A stretch of DNA of 58,353 nt from a virus (lineage: Duplodnaviria; Caudoviricetes): the IMG/VR virus record IMGVR_UViG_3300020283_000004, positions 1 through 58,353 of that record; one strand, written 5' to 3'. Below are positions 1 through 7,983 of the stretch, one piece after another. The translations under genes were made by a program, and so were the position numbers. The notes under the pieces were generated by a model, which did no database searches, was not told the origin of the DNA, and saw nothing but the letters and a program-made list of their open reading frames with translations. The stretch's first letter is position 1, and every line of letters begins with the position of its first letter.

Positions 1-89
1 TTGCTTAGCAACCTGAAACGCCTTCGCAATGGCAGTCTTGACACGAGTCTCCTCTTGCCTGATCTGTTCTTCAGAAAGACCAAGACCAC
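1..89. repeat. Terminal direct repeat, left copy (circular assembly overlap)
   Basis: 1-89 matches 58265-58353 except C13 vs T58277. A CDS reads through the junction in frame. Confidence 0.97.
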
Positions 90-648
90 CCTTGCCATTC
101 TGCTCACCATCACCATCACCATCGGATGGGTTGTCACTCTGCATCGGGGGCATCTCACACAAACCAGTAGAGATCTCACTAGGCTCAGGTAGATCTTCAG
201 GGTTGTAGTTGCCACCAAGGTAACGAACAGCTTCTTCAAGACTCATGCGAGAGATCTTGAAGTATTCTTGAACCCCACCCTCCCATGTCTCAGGGAGTAT
301 CCCATCAGATGGGAGCTCAAACTTGTGCTCAAGACACATCGCATTGACGATAATATCCGCAGCAATCTGAGCAATCTTGGGGTCCATCCAAGGGGCAAAC
401 ATACGTATGTGGTGCATGAGCATGACATGGAATATCTCATGAGCCATCACACCAGTTTGTTCCTTGCGAGTCAGAGACTCGTAGAACTTTTCATTGACAC
501 CGATCTCATACCCATTCGTGTATGCCGTTGGTTTGTCGTTATCGATCTTCAAACCAAGACTTGTTGCCAGAGTCCCAATGAAGGGGTTGTCAAGCAACAA
601 GCCAACACGAACTTTAGTGAGAGTGTCAACGCTCACCTTATCAGCCAC
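1..648 (-). CDS. N-terminal part of HExxH metallopeptidase-like + VWA protein (DUF2201-like); continues at 58264
   Basis: Not in the ORF track because it is split by the origin. GTG at 648 follows GAGGAA. Translation reads ...LLLDNPFIGTLA...TAYTNG...VMAHEIFHVMLMHHIR..., in frame with 57692-58264 (406 aa total). Confidence 0.88.
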   Translation of the reverse strand, partial: MADKVSVDTLTKVRVGLLLDNPFIGTLATSLGLKIDNDKPTAYTNGYEIGVNEKFYESLTRKEQTGVMAHEIFHVMLMHHIRMFAPWMDPKIAQIAADIIVNAMCLEHKFELPSDGILPETWEGGVQEYFKISRMSLEEAVRYLGGNYNPEDLPEPSEISTGLCEMPPMQSDNPSDGDGDGEQNGKGGLGLSEEQIRQEETRVKTAIAKAFQVAKQ

Positions 649-660
649 GCTTCCTCTTGA

Positions 661-1710
661 TTAAAGGATTGTTCTTGAGTGCATCGAAGCCCAATCAACG
701 TACTCAGGGCATTCGGTAAACTCAGGGATTTCACGGGTGCAGTCCCGCATGAGAACGACTGAGAACTCAGCAGGGAGTCTCATCGCATACTTGATAACTT
801 GTCCTGCATTCTTCCCATCGGCCTTGTTGAACAGACCACAGATGATAGCCCAGTTAAGATGGGCATCCTTGACATCATAGATGGGAGCATTCTCAGGATC
901 TTTGATCAGGTCATCAAGATCAGGGAGCTTCTTGAAGTAATCGAGAAACCCAATGAACTCTACCCCTGCACCATCTCCCACACAGTTCTGTATGAGACTG
1001 AGAAACAAGTCATCCTTGAACGACTTACCTTGCGACTCCCATGACTTCATGAGATCACTCACATAAGTCCAGGTTCGCATCGAACCGAAGGTCAGTTCAG
1101 GATTCTTGGGGTCATAGTTCATCATAAGTTCTGGTCTCCATCGAAGGAACGCCATCACTTCTAGACGACAACCCACCTTGAACCCATGGTTACAAAAGTC
1201 ATCCACAGTCGGGTTGACCAGGATATGATTTGCAAACCTGTTGGCAACAGGCCCAGGAACTTGATAGGTAACTCCGTTGTCTTGGTCACGATTACCCAGA
1301 GCCCAGACAGCCCACCCGTCTGGTAACTTGTACTTACCAATCCTCCTGTCAAACAGAAGTTCGTACAGGGATGCCAACACCGCAGGGATTGCGGAGTTGA
1401 GCTCCTCAAGAAGCAAGAGTCCAAACTTCCCATCGCGTTCCTCGTTTGGGAACACATCAAATGGGAGCCAGGAAGATTCCTGCTTCTCAATGTTGACGTA
1501 AGGCATACCCCTTACATCAACTGGGTCCAACTGACTTGCTCTCAAATCAATCAGACCGAAGTTCGGATCGACCTTGCGTTTCTCATCAACGAAGAGGTGC
1601 ATGGTCGTGCTCTTGGCTGCACCAGTCCCACCCCAAAAGAATACTGGATTCTTAGCGGTGAACAGAGCAGGAAGAACATCCTGAACTTGGTTAAGCGTCA
1701 TGCTTTGCAT
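661..1710 (-). CDS. MoxR-like AAA+ ATPase
   Basis: WGGTGAAKS (Walker A variant), DLRASQLDPVDVRGMP, LLLEELNSA (Walker B variant), ALGNR, PVANRF. Directly upstream of the VWA gene. Confidence 0.88.
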   Translation of the reverse strand: MQSMTLNQVQDVLPALFTAKNPVFFWGGTGAAKSTTMHLFVDEKRKVDPNFGLIDLRASQLDPVDVRGMPYVNIEKQESSWLPFDVFPNEERDGKFGLLLLEELNSAIPAVLASLYELLFDRRIGKYKLPDGWAVWALGNRDQDNGVTYQVPGPVANRFANHILVNPTVDDFCNHGFKVGCRLEVMAFLRWRPELMMNYDPKNPELTFGSMRTWTYVSDLMKSWESQGKSFKDDLFLSLIQNCVGDGAGVEFIGFLDYFKKLPDLDDLIKDPENAPIYDVKDAHLNWAIICGLFNKADGKNAGQVIKYAMRLPAEFSVVLMRDCTREIPEFTECPEYVDWASMHSRTIL

Positions 1711-1865
1711 GAACTCTCCTTGTTAGGGTTTAGAGTCAATGGCCTATCCATCAACCCACTCGTAACAGCAACATGTTCAGCTAACAGCCTAGACCCTAGG
1801 TCATGTTGCTTTCGTTTGATGACGAGCGATCTGAGCACTCTCACCAATCGATTTGGTTTTATCAT
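1698..1865 (-). CDS. Small hypothetical protein (55 aa)
   Basis: ATGA overlaps at both ends; below the ORF-track cutoff. Confidence 0.4.
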   Translation of the reverse strand: MIKPNRLVRVLRSLVIKRKQHDLGSRLLAEHVAVTSGLMDRPLTLNPNKESSCKA

Positions 1866-2014
1866 TCATCCTCATCTTCTAATTTCTGCATTGCTAAAGC
1901 ATCAATTTCATCAAGCAATTGAGCTAAAGTTCCTGTGTTTTCATAGCCTAGTTCTTCTGCTGATTCTTGAATAAAATCAGTAGCATTTAATATTTTGTTT
2001 AAATCCATTTTCAT
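1862..2014 (-). CDS. Small acidic hypothetical protein (50 aa)
   Basis: GGAG upstream of MKMDLNKIL...; fills the gap in the - strand gene run. Confidence 0.6.
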   Translation of the reverse strand: MKMDLNKILNATDFIQESAEELGYENTGTLAQLLDEIDALAMQKLEDEDE

Positions 2015-2022
2015 TGCTCCAC

Positions 2023-2286
2023 TCAAAGTAGACATATATATCCTGTCTTATGTAATACAGTTGGGGGTTTCAACCTATGGTTTTTAAACTTCTCCATGTC
2101 CTCTGTCTTGTATGAGATGGACCATGATTGTTTGTTGACATGTATCACCATTGCTTGATCGAACTCCACATCATGATACTCAGCAAGGTAGCAATGCTTC
2201 ATTAACTGATTCAGTAACTTGTCCTGCTCATCTCTGAGCTTTTTCATTTCTTTGATCTTGGCTTTGATAGCTTGAACATCAGCCAT
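2023..2286 (-). CDS. Hypothetical protein
   Basis: ORF in a tightly packed - strand early run. Confidence 0.7.
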   Translation of the reverse strand: MADVQAIKAKIKEMKKLRDEQDKLLNQLMKHCYLAEYHDVEFDQAMVIHVNKQSWSISYKTEDMEKFKNHRLKPPTVLHKTGYICLL

Positions 2287-2461
2287 GTCTCATCACTCCT
2301 TCGATTGCATCTTGTGGATCTCTTGCCTTGACTTTCAGTACCTTGATCTCACCATTCGCATATTGGACTGTAACGTCATGATCAACGAATTCAATCGCAT
2401 CAGTCTCAGGTGTATTCGGTTGACTGACACAGGCATCCAATACTAAGTCAGGTATTCTCAT
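2279..2461 (-). CDS. Hypothetical protein
   Basis: AGGAG RBS; overlaps the next gene. Confidence 0.7.
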   Translation of the reverse strand: MRIPDLVLDACVSQPNTPETDAIEFVDHDVTVQYANGEIKVLKVKARDPQDAIEGVMRHG

Positions 2462-2469
2462 GGCTCTCC

Positions 2470-2670
2470 TTATTTATTCATTTCATCATAAGTTAATATG
2501 GAATGACCTTTTCTAATGACTTTCTCCCATGCTTCACCCTCGTAGTAAGATGTGAACTCATCAGGATCTGGTAAAGCATCCTCAGCTTGCTGTTTCATTT
2601 GCTCATAGTGATCCCATTGAGTCACCATCTTCTCATCACGTCTTAACTTTTCTTCATCTTCTAAAGACAT
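2470..2670 (-). CDS. Hypothetical protein (66 aa)
   Basis: Start moved to ATG 2670, which follows GGAG. Confidence 0.65.
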   Translation of the reverse strand: MSLEDEEKLRRDEKMVTQWDHYEQMKQQAEDALPDPDEFTSYYEGEAWEKVIRKGHSILTYDEMNK

Positions 2671-3027
2671 ATTATCTCCGTAACATGTTTGTGTTATGGG
2701 GGACAGTGGCCTACCATCCCCCATGATCAGGTTGAGCCAAGTTGAAAGCCAAGTAACCCATGAATGCTACATCAGAGTGCAGAGGTGGAACGAGCATTAA
2801 CTTACGAGCGTTTCCTAGGAAAACCAAGTAGGTCAACCACGAACTCTTAACTTATCGTTCAGGATCATATCATGGTTGCTATAACAGGACTGCAACCCTA
2901 TGGAGCAACCAAGCGGAGACAATAGCTAGCAATATGTCACACGCTAGTTGCAACCAATTCAACAACCTATATTATATGTATATATATTTAATTATAATAA
3001 TATATATAAATATAAGTAGGTTGTTCA

Positions 3028-3050
3028 GAGGGGCTAACATGTAACCCCTC
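3028..3050 (-). terminator. Stem-loop just downstream of the 3060-3542 gene
   Basis: GAGGGG...CCCCTC inverted repeat. There is no clear U-tract. Confidence 0.4.
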
Positions 3051-3059
3051 GAAACAAGA

Positions 3060-3542
3060 TCACCCGAAGCTATCGAAATCTTCAGGAACCCTAGCAAGAT
3101 CAGCATAGTTGCTTACAAGAGTAGTCCAACTCTTGAGCTCAGGATCTTCAAGTCCAGTCATGTAATCAATGATCACCTTACCGACTTGTTCTGGAGTCAT
3201 ACCACCCTCAATGTTAGGGAGTCTGGGCTTCTTCAATGCTGTCCCTTTCTCGCTCATGTGGATCTTATGACTCTCAAGGCATATGGAATCGAAGAACTTC
3301 AAAGCGTTACGCTTCGATTTCTCTTTACCAAGAACCCAATTGCACTTGTTAAGGTAGAGAGCATCAACCAACTTGCGTTGGATGAAACGCTCTCTTGCCT
3401 GGTCCATGGTATCAGCAGGTTCTTCAATCTCATCAACATCAAAGAGCTCAGCTTGATCAGGCTCAACGTCATCCATGACATCGAGTGTATCCTGCATTCG
3501 CATATTGAACTCCTCAACTGTCTCAACATGTTGTTCTGACAT
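3060..3542 (-). CDS. Hypothetical protein, acidic N-terminus
   Basis: 160-aa ORF co-oriented with its neighbours. Confidence 0.7.
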   Translation of the reverse strand: MSEQHVETVEEFNMRMQDTLDVMDDVEPDQAELFDVDEIEEPADTMDQARERFIQRKLVDALYLNKCNWVLGKEKSKRNALKFFDSICLESHKIHMSEKGTALKKPRLPNIEGGMTPEQVGKVIIDYMTGLEDPELKSWTTLVSNYADLARVPEDFDSFG

Positions 3543-3567
3543 GATATTGTATGAGTTGAGTTATGAA

Positions 3568-4488
3568 TTAAGCAGGTTGGCGTTTCATACCATACCCACC
3601 CATCTTAGAGAGAACTTTCTTAGCCCCCTCAACCGCTTCTTCCCTGACAGCAGGGTCGGTCTTGAGATCATCGACTGACTCAATACTCGAAGTCAGATCC
3701 AAAAGATCCTTGCGGATCTCCTCAAGTTCACCATTACCCCTGAAGTTCAACCCTGGTAGAGCATTGGCAACATCAACTAGGTTGGTTACCAAAGTCCCAT
3801 GGAACTTCTTGCTATCTTCAATGGGAACCTTGAGAGTGTCGTGCATCTTCTGCAACGGCTCCAAGATTCTCTCCCAAACATGTTGAGTGGCATAAGTTTC
3901 AACGGCATCCATTGATTCCTTCTGTTGCTTCTTCAACGTAGCTAAAGTCTCAGGGTCCAGAAATGCACCCCCTGACTTACTGAAGTCCCCGAAAGCATCC
4001 ATGCTATGATGAATGTTCAGGTTCTTCTCTACGTCATCAACAGACGGATAGTTACCCTTGTCATACTTGCTACCAAGTCTTGCTTGACAACGTGCATGCC
4101 AACTCTCTTGATCCTGATAGGATCTTTTGAACTTCTTCATACCATCTTGAACATCCAAGAGAAGCTGATCGAATTCTTTCTTGAACTTATTCAAGTTCAT
4201 TGTTGAAACAATTCGGTGCGGTTGCTTGCCTTTACCAATCGGTAAAGTGTTCTCATAATAGAACTTCTGCAACTTCTTCAGGGGATCTCTGTAAACATCA
4301 ACTGATGAGTCATCAACAATCTTGATGCTCACAGAGACTGTCCCATCAGCCATCTTGTTTGCCTCTTGAATAGCGGAAGCTTGCTCCTTGTCAGGAACTG
4401 ATTTCCTCAGAGGATCTTTGACGTTCAAAGATATCTTGAAAACAAGTTCATCCAAACCCAACGGATTAACAACACTCTTGTTTTGCAT
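3568..4488 (-). CDS. DUF3150-like phage protein
   Basis: YYENTLP, RLGSKYDKGNYPS, LPGLNF..N.ELEE and DLKTDPAVR motifs. This family often sits near MoxR/VWA genes. Start taken at ATG 4488. Confidence 0.65.
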   Translation of the reverse strand: MQNKSVVNPLGLDELVFKISLNVKDPLRKSVPDKEQASAIQEANKMADGTVSVSIKIVDDSSVDVYRDPLKKLQKFYYENTLPIGKGKQPHRIVSTMNLNKFKKEFDQLLLDVQDGMKKFKRSYQDQESWHARCQARLGSKYDKGNYPSVDDVEKNLNIHHSMDAFGDFSKSGGAFLDPETLATLKKQQKESMDAVETYATQHVWERILEPLQKMHDTLKVPIEDSKKFHGTLVTNLVDVANALPGLNFRGNGELEEIRKDLLDLTSSIESVDDLKTDPAVREEAVEGAKKVLSKMGGYGMKRQPA

Positions 4489-4611
4489 AGTATCAATGGT
4501 CAAGAGATGGATAATTACTGATCTTGATAACAAGACCAGAGAACAACGCCATTGTTGTTCTAATATGTTGACTCAATCGAATCAACATAATGGAATAACA
4601 AGGTATGAACA

Positions 4612-4640
4612 AGTATACTATGTTAAATATAGGTTGTCAA
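4612..4640 (-). promoter_or_regulatory. Sigma70-type promoter
   Basis: TTGACA-N17-TATACT on the - strand. Confidence 0.8.
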
Positions 4641-4861
4641 GTCTCACCCAATCCCATACCTTCCAATCTCTTTTTCATCGGACCATACCACAAATTCGAT
4701 TTGAACTTGTAAGGCCCATCATATTTTCTTTGGATCATATCGCCCATATTGTTATGGAGTTGATTGATCACTTGCTCTGGACACATCTCTCGCCCTTTGA
4801 CTTGATCGAAAGTATCAAGAATGACTTCATGTATCGCATTCATTTGCTTTGCATGAAACAT
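4637..4861 (-). CDS. Hypothetical protein (74 aa)
   Basis: AGGAG RBS before ATG 4861. Confidence 0.65.
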   Translation of the reverse strand: MFHAKQMNAIHEVILDTFDQVKGREMCPEQVINQLHNNMGDMIQRKYDGPYKFKSNLWYGPMKKRLEGMGLGET

Positions 4862-4884
4862 GTTGCTCCTATGTTTTAAGTTGT

Positions 4885-5062
4885 GGACAAGCCCACTACC
4901 CATTCAGGGAAAGGCATGAAACCCGAAAGGGTATCCATAGCATGAGCTTGTCCGAGTTACCCATCGAGATAACTCTAAGAGATGCTCAGGTCGTATCACC
5001 AACGCCAGTGATACATTGCAGACCCCCGTCACCCAAGCATCTCTCAGGGCTATCTCACCCTG
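4885..5062 (-). ncRNA. Candidate structured RNA (four abutting helices)
   Basis: Helices at 4885-4953, 4954-4975, 4978-5044 and 5045-5062. The + strand A-C mismatches become G-U pairs on the - strand. Confidence 0.65.
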
Positions 5063-5096
5063 CTGATTTAAATTTTTCTACTAAGCTAAAGCCACA

Positions 5097-5267
5097 TCAT
5101 GTTGTTTTCCTTTCATGTATTATCTTAATCTCACGATAAATCTCATTATCCAAGAGCATATCGACTTCACGCATTGCACTCTTGTAAGATGGGAAAATCC
5201 CAATCAAAATATTGGTATCATTATCAATGAGATGATAACGCCCCTTTCTTGATTTCTTCCTTATCAT
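5097..5267 (-). CDS. Small hypothetical protein (56 aa)
   Basis: ATGA overlap with the upstream gene, GGAGG upstream; below the ORF-track cutoff. Confidence 0.55.
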   Translation of the reverse strand: MIRKKSRKGRYHLIDNDTNILIGIFPSYKSAMREVDMLLDNEIYREIKIIHERKTT

Positions 5268-5446
5268 CTTCCCTCCAATTTATGAAGTTCAGTAATGTGA
5301 TATTCAACGTGACCTTCACAATCGTCGCACCAAGCACCCTTCTCATCGATGTAATCCACTAGGACTCCATCCTTGCTTACCCATGCTCTGAATTGAAGAT
5401 TGTCACCCTTGCACTCTGGGCATATAAAGTTCTCAAGGTTCTCCAT
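5264..5446 (-). CDS. Small zinc-ribbon protein (60 aa)
   Basis: CPEC...CDDC motif; start taken at ATG 5446. Confidence 0.65.
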   Translation of the reverse strand: MENLENFICPECKGDNLQFRAWVSKDGVLVDYIDEKGAWCDDCEGHVEYHITELHKLEGR

Positions 5447-5447
5447 A

Positions 5448-5654
5448 TTATCTTCCCAAGGCATTAGCGAAGTGATCGAACATAGCATCAACTTCATCAG
5501 ATAAAGTTGACTCTCTGTAACCATATTCATCCATCATCATCAGGATTGATTGTCCATCATACCCATCCCACCAGGGATCATCAGCATCATGCCAAGCAGA
5601 TACTGGTATCATCTTCAACCCAACCCCAATGATGTATATCATCATTGTACTCAT
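5448..5654 (-). CDS. Hypothetical protein
   Basis: ORF abutting the next gene; start uncertain. Confidence 0.45.
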   Translation of the reverse strand: MSTMMIYIIGVGLKMIPVSAWHDADDPWWDGYDGQSILMMMDEYGYRESTLSDEVDAMFDHFANALGR

Positions 5655-5662
5655 TTCAAAGA

Positions 5663-5816
5663 TCTGATTATGGGAGATTTGATTATCTCCAAGACAAGTT
5701 GGTGAGCTATGTTTTTCGTTTCGTCATCACTCAGGTAGCATCATTAGCTTTGAAGTGAAGCTCGCCTCGATATCCCACTTAGGGCATCTCTCCAACATGT
5801 CTTACAGACAACCAAA
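5663..5816 (-). ncRNA. Candidate structured intergenic RNA
   Basis: Long helix 5691-5706/5788-5803, hairpins 5673-5690 and 5746-5762, and a G-U-rich closing helix on the - strand. Confidence 0.4.
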
Positions 5817-5870
5817 CTGATCTATCAGAGTCGAAGTCAACTTAATGTTTTGTTAATTGATTAAGTTAAT

Positions 5871-6209
5871 TTAGACGCAAAGTTTACTCATAAGATCGGT
5901 AAGAACTCTGTTCTCATTCCAATTGATAGACTTATAAGTTTCCTTGAACTTATGTCTTTCATCAGGATCAAGATGATTTTCCAGTATCTTTTGAGAATTC
6001 CATGAACAAGAACCATTCTTCCAATTCTCAAAGAATATCTTGAAATGATTAACCATCTCACCATCATCAAGATTATTGAGTTGTTCAAATAATTCCTCAA
6101 CAAAATCCCGGCATCCGTTATTTGTGTCGAGTTGGTCATGGACCTTTCGAACTATCTCAGCATCGGTTTTATTGATGAGCACACTCACCATTGGTTCACT
6201 TGTAATCAT
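5871..6209 (-). CDS. Hypothetical protein
   Basis: 112-aa ORF with AAGG upstream. Confidence 0.65.
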   Translation of the reverse strand: MITSEPMVSVLINKTDAEIVRKVHDQLDTNNGCRDFVEELFEQLNNLDDGEMVNHFKIFFENWKNGSCSWNSQKILENHLDPDERHKFKETYKSINWNENRVLTDLMSKLCV

Positions 6210-6315
6210 AGTTGCCTTTCCAAGCTAACCCCGACCCTGAAAGATCAGTCTGACTTTACACAGACTTGTTACTGATAAGAATGTCAAAGAACTAAACGAT
6301 AACTATCTGATAAAA

Positions 6316-6831
6316 TTACTGATACTCACGATAGGTTGTGTGTCCAGAATAAACTGGAGCTAAACGCAACATATCGGTTGGGATCAAACTACGTTTTTCA
6401 TCCCTGGAAACTTGTCTGGAACGTTGAGTCCATAATTTGTTAAAGACCTTGGACTCCCTTTTAGGTCTTTTACCTACGCCATGAAGATGACCAACTCCTC
6501 CGCTTGAAGTCAGACCAGTAGTCCAACCTCTTTTGTAAACAGATGAGTTCTTCATTGGTCCAGTCGGCAACTTAGATATGTCAACTGGGACCAACTTTAT
6601 CACCCTGGGAGCCGAAGTGATCTTGACTTGCTCAGGGATTGACTCGAAAGTCTCCCTCACTTGGGCCTTGATTCTCCGACTTGCTCGCTCAGGGTTGACC
6701 TTGCGATCAACCATCTGATGAGCCATCTTCATCGCTTCCGAATGAGTAACATCAGAAGTTCTGAAGATTTGCCAAGACATCTTCATGACAAGTCTAGATC
6801 TCTCCGACCTTGTCATAATGTCTCCATTCAT
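6316..6831 (-). CDS. Hypothetical basic early protein
   Basis: First gene of the leftward arm. The N-terminal VMKMSWQI...SEAMKMA pattern resembles small phage early proteins. Confidence 0.65.
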   Translation of the reverse strand: MNGDIMTRSERSRLVMKMSWQIFRTSDVTHSEAMKMAHQMVDRKVNPERASRRIKAQVRETFESIPEQVKITSAPRVIKLVPVDISKLPTGPMKNSSVYKRGWTTGLTSSGGVGHLHGVGKRPKRESKVFNKLWTQRSRQVSRDEKRSLIPTDMLRLAPVYSGHTTYREYQ

Positions 6832-7064
6832 TTATTTAAGAACATCTAAACCTTACACCCTGATCATCCGAAGTGATCTATACAGATGTATATGTTCCCC
6901 CGCCAAGCCAGTGACTTGACTCATCACCATTAGACCACGCCACCCCCCACAGTGATCCTGGCTTGAAAAAATGGATAAGGATTCGCGCGCGTATAGAGGG
7001 GGGAGGGGTCGCGCACCCCCGTACCCACATATATATGGGACTCCTAAAACATTTCCACACAACC

Positions 7065-7094
7065 TTGACTTTCAAATAAAAACGGTTGTATAAC
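7065..7094 (+). promoter_or_regulatory. Putative sigma70-type promoter for packaging genes
   Basis: TTGACT-N18-TATAAC. Confidence 0.5.
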
Positions 7095-7139
7095 GTTCGT
7101 AACGCGTTCGTAGAACACCAAAAGACACCATTAGGGCTT

Positions 7140-7691
7140 ATGCAACCAATAAGAAAGTTGACAAAGCAGAAGCTAATTAGACTGCAAGAGGACTATGAGC
7201 AGGGTATGGGCTCACAAACCAACATAGCGAAACGTTATGGTATCAGTAGGGCTAGGTTATGGCAGATTGCCAAAGAGTTTGATTGGGAGTTTGGGGGCAA
7301 GCGTAAGGCTGATTTAAAGAGGTTTTCAGAGATATCTTCCGCTAGGCTGAATGCACAACGCACTGAGGCAGTTGAGTCTCATGCTTTAGAGCTACAGCAT
7401 TATAGGGAAGACTTAGATGCGGTGAAAACTTTAGATGAGGCTTTATTGCTTGAGAAGAAGGTCCACATTCTTGAGAAGCTTATCAAGAGTGAGAGGACTG
7501 CATTTGGGTTGCCTAATGAGATCAGACAGCTTGAATCAAAGCAGGATGTAAATATCCGTGTTGAGGACATGCTGAAGACTCTTGAGGCTAAAAAGAAGGA
7601 CATCACATATGAGGTCATAGATGAAGCCGATCCAGCGAGACTACTCACGAATGAACAAAACGGAGCAGAAGTATGCAGCACACCTGTATGA
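7140..7691 (+). CDS. Putative terminase small subunit (HTH)
   Basis: HTH motif (QTNIAKRYGISRARLWQIAK..DW) and position upstream of the large terminase; ATG 7140. Confidence 0.65.
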   Translation: MQPIRKLTKQKLIRLQEDYEQGMGSQTNIAKRYGISRARLWQIAKEFDWEFGGKRKADLKRFSEISSARLNAQRTEAVESHALELQHYREDLDAVKTLDEALLLEKKVHILEKLIKSERTAFGLPNEIRQLESKQDVNIRVEDMLKTLEAKKKDITYEVIDEADPARLLTNEQNGAEVCSTPV

Positions 7692-7983
7692 TCTGTATGA
7701 AAGCCGTGGAATAGTAAGATATGATTTTGAGCCTTTTGGGTTAAGGCTCGCAGAAGAGAAGTGTTACTACCATCCTGATTTTTTAGTTACTTATCCTGAT
7801 AGATTCGAGATCCACGAGGTCAAGGGTTTTGATAGATCCAGAAAAAGACCTAGAGTAGAGGATGATGCAATGGTGAAATTTAAAGTTGCATCAGCTTTAT
7901 TTGATTTCTGGGTGTTTAGAATGGTTTGGTTTGACACAGATAAGAAGGAATGGGACTCCAAGGTATATAAGCCAGGAGCTTAA
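7621..7983 (+). CDS. PD-(D/E)xK endonuclease (DUF1064-like)
   Basis: YHPDFLV...EIHEVKG motif. Confidence 0.8.
   Translation: MKPIQRDYSRMNKTEQKYAAHLYDLYESRGIVRYDFEPFGLRLAEEKCYYHPDFLVTYPDRFEIHEVKGFDRSRKRPRVEDDAMVKFKVASALFDFWVFRMVWFDTDKKEWDSKVYKPGA

Noticed and set aside
4849-5139. + strand 96-aa ORF (similarly 48693-48908)
   Set aside because: It is antisense to the operon with no convincing product. The interval is better explained by - strand RNA structure.
5715-5740. Hammerhead ribozyme core (- strand CUGAGUGAUGACGAAAC)
   Set aside because: It lacks a proper CUGANGA followed by stem II before GAAA.
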